A DNA stretch of 64,000 nt from Felis catus (Eukaryota), in the NCBI RefSeq assembly GCF_018350175.1, contig NC_058368.1, positions 112,222,001 to 112,286,000 of the forward strand, written 5' to 3'. A program made the position numbers and the translations under genes. Below the pieces are notes generated by a model. That model searched no databases and was not told the DNA's origin. It saw only the letters and a program-made list of their open reading frames with translations. Shown here piece by piece: positions 13,233-26,417 of this stretch (the stretch's first letter is position 1; each line of letters begins with the position of its first letter).

Positions 13233-13439
13233 AATGATTTCATTTAGGTACAAGTAGCACCCCCATTTCACAGATGAGAATGTCTAGGCACAGGTTGCTT
13301 AAACGGCTGGCTGAAGACTACAGAGCCAGAAAGCAGTAGAGGCAGGCTTTGAACGTATCTAATGTAGACCCCATGGTCTTGACCATTATGCTTAGATATA
13401 ATACACGTTAATAAATGGTGGGCTTCCATTAGCTTATAG

Positions 13440-13905
13440 TAGACCTCTAGTTCTGTGTAATAATAAGTCATCTCAAAATGTAGTGGTTTAAAATAACGAC
13501 ATACGTGCATTTTCTGACTGTTGTGAGGGTCGGGAATCGGGGAGCAGCTTGACTGGGCCGTTGTGGCCTGCGATTTCTCGTGAAGTTGTGGTCAGGGTCT
13601 TGGGCAGGGCTTGGTCATCTGAGGGCTTGATGGGCTGAAGGCTCTGCCTGCTCACTGCCTCGGCTGCCAGGTTGGTGCTGGTTGTTTGGGGAGAGCCTCA
13701 CAGCATGGTGACTGGCTTCCCCAGTGACCCTAGAGACTGAGACAAAAGCTGTCATGACAGTTACAACTTAGCCTCAAGAGTCACATCTTCTCACCGTTGT
13801 CATACTCTGTTGGTCACGCAGATTAGCTGCAATTCAGTGTGGAAAGAGACCTCACAAAGGTATGGATGGTAAGTCTGGGGGGCCCTGTTGGAGACTGGCT
13901 GCCAT
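13440..13905 (-). mobile_element. MLT1-family LTR remnant
   Basis: ctcaaaatgtagtggtttaaaataac...gggtcgggaatcggggagcagctt...cacagcatggtgactggcttcc. Confidence 0.72.
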
Positions 13906-16900
13906 AATGGTCTAAAACAAGATAGCCAAATTCTGGTGATTCACGGGGAGAGAGAGCTCATTCACCGCGGCTGGTGCACAGGAGGAGAAGGGGCGGCTTG
14001 GCAGGCAGGAGCCCTGCGGTGGAGAGGTAGCCGGCTGACGTCATAGGACGCCGGCTACAGCAGAACCACACAGGCTTGGGGGCAGTGGGTGACTTCCCTT
14101 CTGCCCCTGCCCCAAGTGGGCTTGTACCTCGTTTAAGTATGGTTCTCCTGAGCCTTCTCCCTGGCCAGAGCTTTTGTCACTTTGCAAATCTCTATTTTGG
14201 AGAAAATCTAATCCATATGGCTTGGGGGGATTTTGCTCTTTTAAATTTTTCCTTTGTACTTTGTACAAAGTTGAGAGTTCTTTGGAGTCCTTTAAAATCT
14301 CTCCTCCCTCAACAACAGGAAGTGTGCTCTTTGCCATGTACACAGGGACCCTGGAGCACAGAACAGTGGGATTTGGGTGGGTTCAGAGCTGGGGGGTTTG
14401 TCATACCCTGTGTCTTTCCTGAAGGTGACTCACAGCAAGTGGGAAGACCTGTACTGTCCCTGGAGGTGGAAAGTAGCTCTAATTCCTGCCTGCCCCTCCC
14501 CCCAGTCCCCGGTCCTGGCCCCTGTTCTCACACAGAGGGCGTTCAGGTCACACGTGCTGGGGTAACAGTGAACTGCCCAGGCAGCTGTGGGGAAGGAGAC
14601 CACAGCTCAAGCTGGTTTGCAAGGAGCCAAAGCCTGCCTCGGCGTGGGCCCGGGGAGTTTGTCTCAGTGAGATGCAGGCAGATGGCTGCAGGACGGGTCC
14701 TATGTCCACTTGCGGGGCAGCATGAAGACTGAGGACTGCCCACAGTCACTTTGCTGGCCAAGGTCCTCTGCCATCAGGCTCCCAGCCTCAGCCTCCCCTC
14801 CCACAGCAAGGAGCATCTTCCAGGCATCCTGCTTTCCCCGCTTGACATTGTCCAGCCTCTTCCTTCTGGCCACCTGTCCTTCTCTACTACCTTCATGGGT
14901 CAAAACCCAGCTCATCTCTTTAGGACCGGCCCAAATGTCACCTCCTTCCCGAGGCTTCTGAGTCTGCCCTCAAGACTTTCCCCTGTCCCTACTGGCCTGT
15001 TTTCTTTTCAGGTGAGGCAGGGTATGGGGTTTTCTGGCTGCCCCTCAGGGTCCTGCAGCTGATGCTTGAAGAACACATTATGGGGGAGACCTGCCCATGG
15101 CGGAGCAGGTAGACATCTTCAACACAAACTTGTCTCTGCTATCAGCGTCTCGCGCCCTCTGCACCCCCAGCAGGCTGGCCCACGGTAGGTGCTCTGCAGG
15201 GGCTTTGGGATGTGATCTCAACTGCTGTACTGGATCCTCCCCACCTCTCCCATGTCCCTTTCCTCCTACAGAAACTCCTCCAGTCTAGATCTACTGGTCC
15301 CTTGACCTGCCTGGCCTCCACTTCTCCTCAGCACCAGCCCACGTGTGTCCATCAGTTGAGAAGAAAAGGTCAAGGAGAGCCAGGCTTTCCTTCCTCTCAG
15401 ATGAGCACAGAGCCAGCAAGGCCCATGGGAGTCTGTCAGGAAGGAATGGATGGAGGGTACCCCAGGGTACTCCCCTTGATGACCATGGCATCTGCTCCAG
15501 AAGCCCTGAGAATATGAGTGTCATTGGCAAATGTTAATACCAGCTTATTGATGGTGGGGAAAGTGAAGCACAGAGGTTAGGACATTTATACAGAGGGGCC
15601 AGGGCAGGGATGAGAGCAAGGGCTTTGGGGAAAGTCACCTCCACTTTCTGAGTCTTGGCCAAGAGGCAGCACCTTGGTTAAGAGCTGGTCCTGGAGTCCT
15701 ACAGCAAGTGCATAATCCTCCATTCACTGCCTGTGTGGCTTTGGGGAAATTGTGAGAAGAGCCGTACTCTTCTCACCTATAAAATGGGGAATTTCTTCCC
15801 AGAATACAATGAGATGGTATAGGTGGAGCATATAGTACTGGGCCAGCTTAGAGCCCTGGTTTAAAAAAAAAAAACAAAAACCGTGGTATATTTGAGGTCT
15901 TGATGAATCAAGGCAGGTGAAGAGATTGGGGCTGTCACCTGTCTTTCCTGAGGCATTCTCCCTCCAAGTACAGTCAACTCCAAAAATCCTCTGCTGGGTC
16001 CTCACCAGTCCCCTCTGACACCCTCAGACTCCTCTGAGTCTCCCAGGTCTGCACCTTTTTCAGTGCCCAAGTGCATACTCCGCCAGCCCAGGGCAGAGGA
16101 AACCTGACCAGAAAACTCTCCCCACTGGGGCAGCCAAGCGGTTTTTCCCCTCCCTCCTGGGAGTCCCAAGTGCTGTACAGCAGCGCCCTCTGCTGGCACA
16201 TCTTGACAAGACACGCATAGCTGGTGGTGCTGTGGCCCAGAAATTTCAGACCTTTTGGACACCACCTAAGAGGGAACTCATCTGCACTCTCTCTCCAAAA
16301 GACAGAGGGGGAAATTGAGGCCTGGACTTGCCCAAGGGCAGCGGCAGCACCAGAAGCAGAGCCCAGGCCGCCCAGCCTCCCAGTGGCTGCTTGGCCCCAC
16401 TTCACAGCCCTACACCTCTTTTCTTGACTGGGAGTCACATTGAATAGACGCTGGGCCAAATACAGTCTGAACATGCTCTGAATAGACTTTCTCAAAGAAC
16501 TGTCAATGAGAAGCTCAAATAGCAGCTAGAAAATCACCGTATGCTCCTTCCCTTCCCGTCAGAATCAGGGAAGGGACCCGAGAGCTCCCATTATCTGAGG
16601 CCATTGCAGGACTGCTGCAGCAGGTGCAGCTGGAGGGTAGATGGGACGGGGCAGAGGGCCTCTGTCACCATGATCCAGGCAGAGACGTCAGAAAGGGCTG
16701 CACGTCAGAGCCATGGAGGAGATGGCTGTTGGGATGGGGCCCAGGGAGAGAAAGGAATCGCAGATGGCATCGAGGATCCGGCCTGGGTGACTGGCTGGGT
16801 GGGGACACGGAGTAAGGCATGCTTGGGGAGTTAAAGAGGTCATCAGGGACGTGTCACATGGGAAATGCTGTGGGGTCACCCAAGTGGAGGTGTTGAGTAA

Positions 16901-18734
16901 AGATAGGGAGGCTCAGAAGTGAGGTCTGAGTGGGAGATGAGTGCGGGTTTCCTGGCCTCCCCCCTCTCCCCTCCCCCCCTCATGGAAGCACCGGGGAGGA
17001 AGCACCAAGGAGTGAGAGCAGGGCAGCAGAGAAGGGGAGAACAGCTGAGGGGTAGGGGGATGGGCTTCCAGGAGGCGAGAGAGCAGGAGACAAGGCCACG
17101 GCCACAGGTCATCAGACTGACTGGAGCAGCCGGCTCAGGACTGTGCTTCTCCGCTGGGCTCGGCTCGGCAGGTGGGGAGCGAGGGCTTGGCCGAGGGAGA
17201 GTTGAGGAGCTGGAGCCGTGGGGCTGGATGGACTCAAGGGCAGCTGGGAGACTCGAGGCCTGGGGGCCTTCCCTGAGCCCTGCCTGCCACACAGGTCCCT
17301 CCCCAGTGCTCCCACAGCCACCTCCGTGTGGCAGCTCAGACAAAGTGTCTCCTCTCTGACAGCTCCCAAGAACAGAGGCTGGCACACAGTGGGTCCTCAG
17401 GCAAGTCCTTACCTGAAAGGGCAGATGAGAGGTGGGAAGTGGTGGCTGTCAAACGTCAGCCCATCCCGTGTGCACCACCCCCCCCCCCCACCACTGCAGT
17501 GGGAAATGCTCCTGGGGGCTACCTTCCAGGCAGGAGTTGAGGGAGCAAGGAAGTGAGGGGTGTTTTTCTTGCCCTGGCAACCCAGGAAGCTGATCTGTCT
17601 GTGCCTTAGTTTCTGTACCTGCTCTCTCCCGAGGGCAGAAGACACGTGTGCGTGGCGACATGGCAAATGCTCCAAAGCAGGGAAGCCAGGTGTAAGTGGC
17701 AGGCCGGATCCCACAGCCTGGTGGTCTGGGATTCTCCAGGCCTGGCCCTTGACTGCCGCTGGACCTGGGTCCTCCCCCTGCCTGGCGGTCGGTGTGCCTC
17801 ATGGGCAGACCTGTGACATACATTTGGGAATGGAACACGGACTGTGGTTCCTTCTGGAAAGGAGTCTACTCCTTCCCTCCTGCCGCATTCATGAACGGTG
17901 CAAAGCAGCAGATTTCGGGACTCAGGCGGCTGTCCCAGAGCTGCCGGAGCCACTGCCTGCCAGGTCGTGCTGACACGGGACCGAGGAATGACAGTCCGCT
18001 CTAGCACCCTGTAGGTGGTCCTCCAAGAGAGTGGGTCTTTCGACCTGTTGACTTGCTCAATAGTGACGGTAAAAAAAGGGCCATTCTTTGGAGACCTTTC
18101 ATTTATTCTAATGTCCCGGCACACATCCCAGGCCCCATAGGTAGGCCAGTGCTGATGGTGAGCCCCGACTCCTCAGCAGCCTCTTGGCCCTTAGGATCAA
18201 GCCTCGGTGGTCAGACTTTGTCTTGCTTGGGAAGAAGGAGGCCTGGGTGACATGACGTGGATGTGCTGGTGGGAGAAGAGCAGGCCCAGCAGAGCCCCCT
18301 TCTTCTAGACCATCCCCTCACCATTTTGGGTGCCAAGGTTGGGTTCCTGCCGGGCATTAGCATCATCTTCCTTCTTGGAAGGGGATCAGGAACTCCCACT
18401 GCACCAAAAGAAGCCTCTCCACACAGCCAGGCCAAGCTGGGTCCCTGCTGGGTTCAGGGCCTCGCTGCAGAGAGGATACCTGAGGAAGAGAGGACTACTC
18501 CTCTGCCTTCCTGGGAGCCCAGGGTGGAAAGTGTAGGCTGAACCCGGGGCTGGAGGGAGCTGGGTCCCTGGAGAGCTGGAAATTAGACATGACCCTGAAT
18601 CCCCAGGTCTTGCTTGGGCCCAGGATGCTGAGTGGGACCAGGCTGCGTGACAATAAGCATCACCCCCTGGGGCTGGGAGGGGGAAGAGAAAGCCCGCAGC
18701 TGATTGGAATCTGTACTGTCAAGATTGTGTCAGG

Positions 18735-19643
18735 TGAACAGAGGGGTCTACCAGAGAAACAATCAGCAGGAGACATATATATTAGGTAAGCGTGGGGTCT
18801 AGCTGGGAAAATCTGAAATCTGGAGCACAGGCTGGAAGGCTGGGAATGCTTAGGAGCTGACATTGCATTCTACAGGTGAAATTTCCTTTTCCTCACGGAT
18901 GCCTCCATTTTGTTCTTTAAAAACAAAATGAGGGGTGCCTGGGTGGCTCAATCGGTTAAGCATCTGACTTCGGCTCAGGTCATGTTCTCGCGGTCCGTGA
19001 GTTCGAGCCCCACATCGGGCTCTGTGCTGACAGCTCAGAGCCTGGAGCCTGTTTCAGATTCTGTGTCTCCCTCTCTCTGACCCTCCCCCGTTCATGCTCT
19101 GTCTCTCTCTGTCTCAAAAATAAATAAACGTTAAAAAAAATTAAAAAAAAAATAAAAACAAAACAAAAAAACCCAAAACGAAACAAAACAAAAAGCAAAC
19201 AAAAACATTGGGGGAACCTGGGTGGCTCAGTCGGTTAAAAGTCTGACTCTGGCTCTGGTCAGGATCTCATGGTTCGTCAGTTCGAGCCCTGCATCAGGCT
19301 CTCTATCCCCTCTCTATCCCTCCCCCACCAGGATTCTCTCTCTCTCTCTCTCTCAAAAATAAATAAACATTTTTTAAAAAGATTGTATTTGTAAGTAATC
19401 TCTACACCGAACTCACAACCCTGAGATCGAGAGTTGTATGCTGTTCCAACTGAGCCAGCCAGGCACCCCTCCACTTGGCTTGTAAGGCCTTTCAACAGTT
19501 TGGGTGGAAGGCACCCAGATGATCAAGGATAAACTCCCTTAAAATCAGCTGGTTTTAGGTGTTAACCATACCTACAAAAATACCTTCGCGGTCCATTAAT
19601 GTTTGACTGAATCACGGGGTGCTGTTGCCCACCCAGCCAAGTT
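18735..19643 (-). mobile_element. MLT2 (ERVL) LTR split by three CanSINEs (18932-19200 +, 19210-19380 +, 19385-19470 -)
   Basis: ccagagaaacaatcagcaggagacatatat start and ...gtttgactgaatcac...cccagccaagttgatac end, with SINE heads between. Confidence 0.75.
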
Positions 19644-20169
19644 GATACAAAGCTGACCCTCACTGGGGGGGATAGTAATGCCTGCTCACAGCTGCTATGA
19701 GGGGGAAGCAGGACCATGCATAAAGCACCCCCTCCCCCCCACTCCTTCCACGCACAGACCCTGGCCTGAAGACATCCTCATAGCTAATGTTTATTTAGAG
19801 CTGACTTGGAGCCTAGCCTGGGGCTAAGTGCTTTCCACACACTATTTGTTACTCATGGATAGATAGGGTTCTGCAACCTGGGGCTAGCCAGAGAGGTGTG
19901 GAGGGTGTGTCGAGAAAGAGTCCCTAACCTCTAAAACGGGCAAAATCGTGTGTCCTGTGTCTAGTGAAACTGTCTCTGGCTTCCAATCAGATCATCACAA
20001 CTAAGAACTTGTGGCCGAGCTGAAAGCCGCTCATTCCGTTAGAATTCTTTCGGTGCTCTTTTGGAAAGAGGCTGTATCCTCGCAGGTAAACAATCCTATC
20101 ACAGGTCTTGGTGTTTGTAATCAAATACTTCCCGACCTTGGATAGGGCCTTTCTACCTCTTGTAATGAG

Positions 20170-21330
20170 GCCGGCCAAACTGTCCCGGACACCACTTGCA
20201 GTGTCTCGGAGGAGGAGTGAGCGAGGCGGGGGCGGGCATCTGGGCCTCGAGGCGCCGAGGACGTGTGGTGGCAAGGAGTGGGCGCGGGGAGAAGGGCGGG
20301 CTAAGGGAACGCCCCGCGCGGGCCCCAGCGTCCCGGACGGGCGAGGTGCGGCGCCTTTAAGGTCCGCTGGGGGCGTGCTAGCAGCGGCCACGGGCCCTTG
20401 GAGAGGTGAGCGCTGGCGCCCCGCGGGTCCTGTGCTCGGAGACGGGACTCGAAGTAGGACCTACGGCGCGCCCGAGTTTCCCACCTCCTCCCCCGAGCGC
20501 GGGCCGGCGGGTGGTACGCCCCGCGGACTCTCACTGGGCACCCACCCGGCTGCGGGAGCGCGAGGCGCCGCTACTGTGGCCATGGGCAGCTTCCAGCTGG
20601 AGGACTTCGCGGCGGGCTGGATCGGAGGTGAGCCCGGCCCTGGATGGGAGGGAGCCCCCCACCCCCACCCCGGAGGTGAGTGTGCTTGTGGGAGACGCCC
20701 GGGCCAGGGAGAAGGAGAGAGAGCCGGACGAGCTCCCACACGGTGCTGGGGTCTGGGGGCTCCGCACCGGTGCGCCTCCGCTTGGTGCGCAGCGTGCGCG
20801 CCGCCTGCTGCCCGAGCGCCCCTCTGCCGCTGGCCTCGCTGTGCTCGCGGTGCCTCGCCTGTTGCCGGGGCTGACCCCCGCCAGCCTCGCAGCTACTCTC
20901 TGAGCTGCGGCTTTGCCTCAAAGTGAGGACCCGCCCAAGCGGCTCCGGTAACGATTAAACCGGCCGTCGAAGCCGACAGCCAATGGAGAGTCCGGGCGCG
21001 CACACACCCTTCGGAGACTCGGTGTGTGCCTGAGGTTGGGGTCCTGACTGCAAGAGCTTGTGGGCGAGGGTGGCGATTGCTCCCGGCGCGGGAGGGCGCC
21101 TGGCTTCGCGATCCGGCGGCTCCCAGGAGGAGCGCTGGCTGAAGCGTGCCGGCGGTCTGGGAGCCCAGCCCCTGGCGGCAGGTGCCCTTTGCCAGATAGG
21201 AGGAACCCTTCCCGTTTTCAGCCTTTGTCGGCTGTCCGGTCTCTCCTCCCAGCACTCTTGGACGAGGTCGTCCCTTTGAGCGGCTGCTGGAGCCGCTGTT
21301 TGCTGGACCTGGGATGGGCTTGCGTGGGCG
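20170..21330 (+). promoter_or_regulatory. SLC25A48: CpG-island promoter / first exon region of SLC25A48
   Basis: Very high GC and CpG density relative to flanks; GC boxes (ggggcggg near 20228, gggcggg near 20294) upstream of the ATG. Confidence 0.88.
20582..20627 (+). CDS. SLC25A48: SLC25A48 coding exon 1 (MGSFQLEDFAAGWIG-G)
   Basis: ATG in strong Kozak context (gccATGG) inside a CpG island; 46 nt; donor G|gtgagc at 20628. Peptide matches the known SLC25A48 N-terminus. Confidence 0.97.
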
Positions 21331-21922
21331 AGAGTTGCATTGATTTCCTTACTTCTCTGATCTTCTCTTTCCAGTAGATTTAGTTCTCCTCTTTTCTCAG
21401 CTACTGACCAGGTTTGGGGAGGGTTTGAGAAGGACTTCCCTTTTTGTTAAGTATTAGCTTTCTTTTGGCCCCATCTAAGAGGATCATCAGAAAAGGGGTG
21501 CTGGCAAATGCAGCCGCTGCCCAAAGACAGAATCCAAAACAAAACTAAAAACCTGAGGGACTGAGGCAGAGGCTATAATTAGCATGTTTGTGCCCCACCA
21601 AGAGTTTTGGAAATGGAGAAGACCAGGCGATTTGTAGGAAAATGAAAATGAAACGACAGCCACAGACCAGATAGTATTCCCGCCCCCCCTTCTGTCCCTT
21701 TCTGGTGGCCCCTCCCACCTCTGTCCACCCACAGGTGGCTGCAGGGCCCCTGCTTCTCCCTGTCATGAGCAGAGGTCTTTCCTTCTACCAAAAGCAGGTT
21801 TTTTGTACAGGCTGTCTTGAGTCAGACTGAGACCACCGTGTCCTAACTTTACCATGGGGGGGTGAGGGAGGGGGTCGGGAGGCTGTACCCAGAGGCTCAT
21901 TGGCTATATCCAAGCCCTCTTC

Positions 21923-22659
21923 TTTTTTTTTTTTTTAATGTTTTTAACGTTTATTTCAAAAGAGACAGAGCGAGTGAGGGGCAGAGTGAGAGAGAGACAG
22001 AATCCCAAGCAGGCTCTGCAAGCCAGATGCCCAGCTAGAACTCCTGAACCTCTGAGACCTTGAGCCAAAACTGAGTCAGATGCTTAACCTACTGAGCCAC
22101 CCCTTTGGCCAACCATCACCCACCCTGAGGGAGAGCCTTCCCTGCTTAAGGCTGTCCACTGAAGTAGCCAGACCAACTTCAGGAGGGCTGCCCCTGGCTG
22201 GGTTTGAGAAATGCCCTAGAGGGTGAGGCTGTCAGAGTAGCTCCAGGTCTGTGATGACTCAGGGGCCTTCCCCAAGTCACGCAGTAAGCAGTGGATGGTC
22301 CTTTATTCTGCGATGGTCCTTACTTTCTTTATGTTAACATTTCTGGTGTTTTGCTCTCGGGGCTTTCTCACTTCTGTGAAGTGAGAAGAGTGTAATAACT
22401 GAATACTTAGTAGGTAGCAGAGGCTGTTTAAGTGCCACGTGTATTTTTTAATATTTATTTATTTTGAGAGAGAGAGAGAGTGTGTGAGCTGGGGAGGGGT
22501 GGAGAGAGAAGGAGAGGGAGAATCCAACCACACTCCATACCCAGTGTGGAGCCCAACGTCGGGCTCAGTCTCATGATTGCAAGATCATGTCGTGACTGAG
22601 CTAAAATCAGCAGTCGGTTGCTCAGTGCAGGGGCCCTCACATGTGTTTTTTTAAAGTTG

Positions 22660-22702
<43 letters not shown>

Positions 22703-23235
22703 GGGGGAGAGAGAGCAATTGCTAGTGGGGGAGGGGCAGAAAGAGGCGAGAGAGAGAATCCCAAGCAGGCTCTGCGCTGTCAGCTCTGAGCCGCATGAGG
22801 GGCTCGAACTCACAAACTGTGAGATCATGACCGAAGTGAAATCAAGAGTCGCTCAACCGACTGAGCCACCCAGGTACTCCCCGCACACATGTATTTTTAA
22901 AACAACTTCACTGTGGGGCACCTGGGTGACTCAGTCAGTTAAGTGTCTGACTCTTGATTTCGGCTCAGGTCACGATCCCAGGGTCATGGGGGTGAGCCCC
23001 TCATGGAGCCCATGTCGAACCCCATGTCCAGCTCCATGCTGAGTATGGAGCCTGTTTGAGATATTCTTTGTTTCCTTCCCTCCCTCCCTCCCTCCCTCTC
23101 TCCCTCCCTCCCTCCTTCCCTCCTTCCCTTTCTCCCTCTCTCCCTCCCCCTCTCCCTCCCTCCCCCTCTCCCTCTGCCCTTCACCCACATGCATGCTATC
23201 AACATAAATAAATAAATAAATAAATAAATAGTAAA
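21923..23235. mobile_element. CanSINE cluster in SLC25A48 intron 1 (21923-22103 -, 22445-22637 -, 22660-22882 -, 22915-23230 +)
   Basis: Four SINE bodies with tails. Confidence 0.88.
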
Positions 23236-24446
23236 TATTAAAACAACTTTCTTGAGGCTATTTTACATATCCTAATATATACTCATTTCAAGTATGTAAT
23301 TCAGTAATTTTTAGCGACTTTACCAGTGTTGCAGCCATTTACCATAAATTTGTTTTAGCCCATTTTCTTCCCTGTGAGATCCTTCATGCCCGTTTACAGT
23401 TAAATTCCATCCCCTCCCTCGGGGCAGCCGTGAATTTCCTTTCTGGCTGCATAAGTTAGCCTTTTCTTGGCATTTTGTATAAATTGAATCATACAATGTG
23501 CGGTCTTCTGGCTATTTATATATTTCTTTATAACCCCAGTGAGGTTGTACATCCCCATGGTACAGATCCTCATTTCACAGACGAGGAAATGGGAACAAAG
23601 GGGCATCCAGTGACTTGTCCAAGGCCATGTGTCTGGCATGAGCAGAGAGTCTGATGCCAGGCCGTCTTAACCCCTGTACTCATCTGTACCTATTTTCTTT
23701 CTTAATGAACTTGCATAATAAAATCTCACCATCGTATCCTTTACATTTTGTTTGAAGTTTCACTGGTCTGTGAGGTCCTCGGGTCTGGAAACCCCTGGCC
23801 TGATTGTCTTGTTTCTTATCTTGCATTTCCTGCTTTCAGGTGGGTGGGCTAATGAATGAGCAGGGAGACACAGGTCCAAGATGGGCTCTGGGTCTGCTTC
23901 CCTGGGCCAAGAGACACCTGTAGTGAAGGCTGCCCTCACTAGGGAGGAAACAACTGGAGTCTGGGACCAGAGGTCCTTTCTTCCCCTGCTGGGAGGGGTT
24001 CCTGTAGAGTGAACTTCCCGCTGTCACCTTTCTGCCTCTGCCCACTTCTGTGGGAAGGAGGGGCTGAGAGGGACCTGGAGGTTCTAGACCAAGGGTACAC
24101 CTGTTCTGGTGTTAGCTGCTTCCTCTGCCTCTCTACCCATCTAGTATTCCAGCACTGTTTTACCTGATGAAATCACGGCTGCTAGCAGAGAAACTTCCTC
24201 ATCTGGGTGACGGGGAATTTGTCATAGAGGATTGGTTCCCATTTCAACCTCGCAGTCACCAGCTTCTGTAAGGGCGTCTTCATCTGTGTGGCCTCGGAGC
24301 AGCCTTGCTTCCCTCTGAAACTGCAAGCCTTGTGATTTTGTGTGTCAATTGGCTTTTTTCTGTGAGAAGAGAAATCCAGAGTATCCTTTAAAGGAGAGGC
24401 CTTCTTTAAAACAAAACAAAACTGGATAGTGGCAGCATCTCTCTCT

Positions 24447-24670
24447 CTTTTTTTAAATTTTTTAATGTTTATTTTTGAGAAAGAGAGACAGACAGATAGA
24501 GCATGAGTGGGGGGAGGGGCAGAGAGAGAAGGAGACACAGGATCTGAAGCAGGCTCCAAGCTCCAAGCTGTCAGCACAGAACCCAACTCAGGGCTCGAAC
24601 TCAAGAACTGTGAGATCATGACCTGGGCCAAAATCAGACGTTTAACCGATTGAGCCACCCAGGTGCCCCC
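24447..24670 (-). mobile_element. CanSINE
   Basis: Typical body; TSD gcatctctct. Confidence 0.92.
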
Positions 24671-24869
24671 GCATCTCTCTTTCAACAGCCTATAAGAGCC
24701 AGGACTCTGTTGGTACTTTACAATCATTACCTCTCTTCATTCTTACAATGGAACTGTGAGGCAGGTGCTGATGCTACTCCCACCTACACGTGCTAAAAGC
24801 GAGGTATCGAAAAGATGAAGTAATCTTTCAGGTAACCGAAAAGTTTGTGGGTTTTCTCCTCACACCCTC

Positions 24870-26135
24870 CCCTTTTTATTTGAGGTGACATTCACATAAT
24901 GTAGAATTAACCATTTAAAGGTGCCCGATTCAGTGGCATTTCGTATGGTCACAATGTTGTACAACAGCCCCCTCTGGTCTAGTTCCAGATGTTCCTCACG
25001 CCCAAGGAAGTCACTGGACCCAACAAGTCATTCCTATTTCCCCTCTCTCCAGGCCCTGACAACCACTTGTCCGCTTTCTGTCTCTCTGGATTTGCCTATT
25101 TGGGATAATTCACGTAAATGGAGTCAGATGATATGTGACCTTCTGTGTCTGGCCTCCTGCACTCAGCATCACATCTTCAGCGTTCACCCACGTGATGGCG
25201 AGCATCGGCCCTACATTCCTATTTATGTCTAACAACATTCATTTTATGGATTTACCGCATTTTATTGGCCCACTCACCCCCTGATGGGCATTTGGGCTGT
25301 TTCCACCATTTCGTCATCATGAATAGTGCTGCTGTGCTCACATATGTTCATGGACATGTCTCAGTGCCTGTTGTAGTTCTTTTAGGTATCTGTCTAGGAG
25401 TGGAATTGCTGGGCCATGTGATAATTCTTTGTTTAAGTTCTTGAGGAAACGACACGCTGTTTCCACAATGGCTGCACCATTTTGCATCTCCACCAGCAAC
25501 GTACAAGAATTCCAGTCCTCCATATCCTCGCCAACCCTTCTTATTTTCCTTAAAAAAAGAAAAAAATTAGGGCCATCCTAGGAGGTGACAAGGGGGACTG
25601 CCTCTCACTGTGATGTTGATTTGCGTTTCCCTAATGACTCGTGATGTTAGGCATCTTTTCATTTACGTGTTGGCCGTTTGTATATTTTGTATTTTCTTTG
25701 GAGAAATGCCTATTCAAATCCTTTGCCCTTAAAAAAAAAATCCCTTTTTTTTTTTTTTTTTTTTTTAGTTGTAAGTATTCTTTATAAATTCTGGATACTA
25801 GAGCCTTATCACATATATGATTTGCAGATATTTCTTCCCAGTCTGTAGGTTGTCTTCACTTTCTTGATAGTGTCCTTTGCTGCACAAAAGTTTTTAATTC
25901 TTATGATACCCACCTCATTTTTTCTTTTGTTATTTGTGTTTTTAGTGTCCTGTCTGAGAATCTGTTGCCCATCTAAGGTCGTGAAGATTTCCTCCTGCAT
26001 TTTGTAAATGATTTTTATAGTTTTAGTACTTCCATTTAGGTCTTTGGTCTGTTTTGAGTTCATTTTTTGTGTATGGTATGAGGTAGGGGTCTAACTTCAT
26101 TTTTTGGCATGCGGGTATCCAGTTTTCCCAGCACC
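24870..26135 (-). mobile_element. L1M (L1MB-like) 3' end and ORF2 C-terminal fragment
   Basis: T-rich; gatgggcatttgggctgtttccac, aggagtggaattgctgggccat, ctttggagaaatgcctattcaaatcctttgcc, ccagttttcccagcacc. Confidence 0.9.
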
Positions 26136-26373
26136 CTCACTGTCCTTTTTTGGGGTGCTCGTTTCTCGAGGCAGAGCCCAGGTTTCACTTCCTTTTCTCT
26201 GCCTTCCTCAGTGCCTTTGCCAGTGCTCGGCACGTTCCGGGAGGGGGAGGCAACTGGGCATTGAGTGAATGAGTGAATGTGAGTGCCTGAGCCCCTGTCT
26301 TATCCCAAGAGGCAGCCCACGCACGTGAGAAGCCCAGGGGCTGAGTGACCAGGTCCTTTTCTTTGATCTACAG

Positions 26374-26417
26374 GTGCAGCCAGCGTCATTGTCGGTCACC
26401 CTCTGGACACGGTCAAG
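26374..26417 (+). CDS. SLC25A48: SLC25A48 coding exon 2 (GAASVIVGHPLDTVK)
   Basis: Acceptor ttttctttgatctacag|, donor AAG|gtact; 44 nt, phase-compatible; contains the first carrier signature Px[DE]xx[KR] (PLDTVK). Confidence 0.97.

Noticed and set aside
20108..20926. 272-aa ORF spanning the promoter
   Set aside because: Stop-poor CpG island; only the MGSFQLEDFAAGWIG part belongs to SLC25A48 exon 1.
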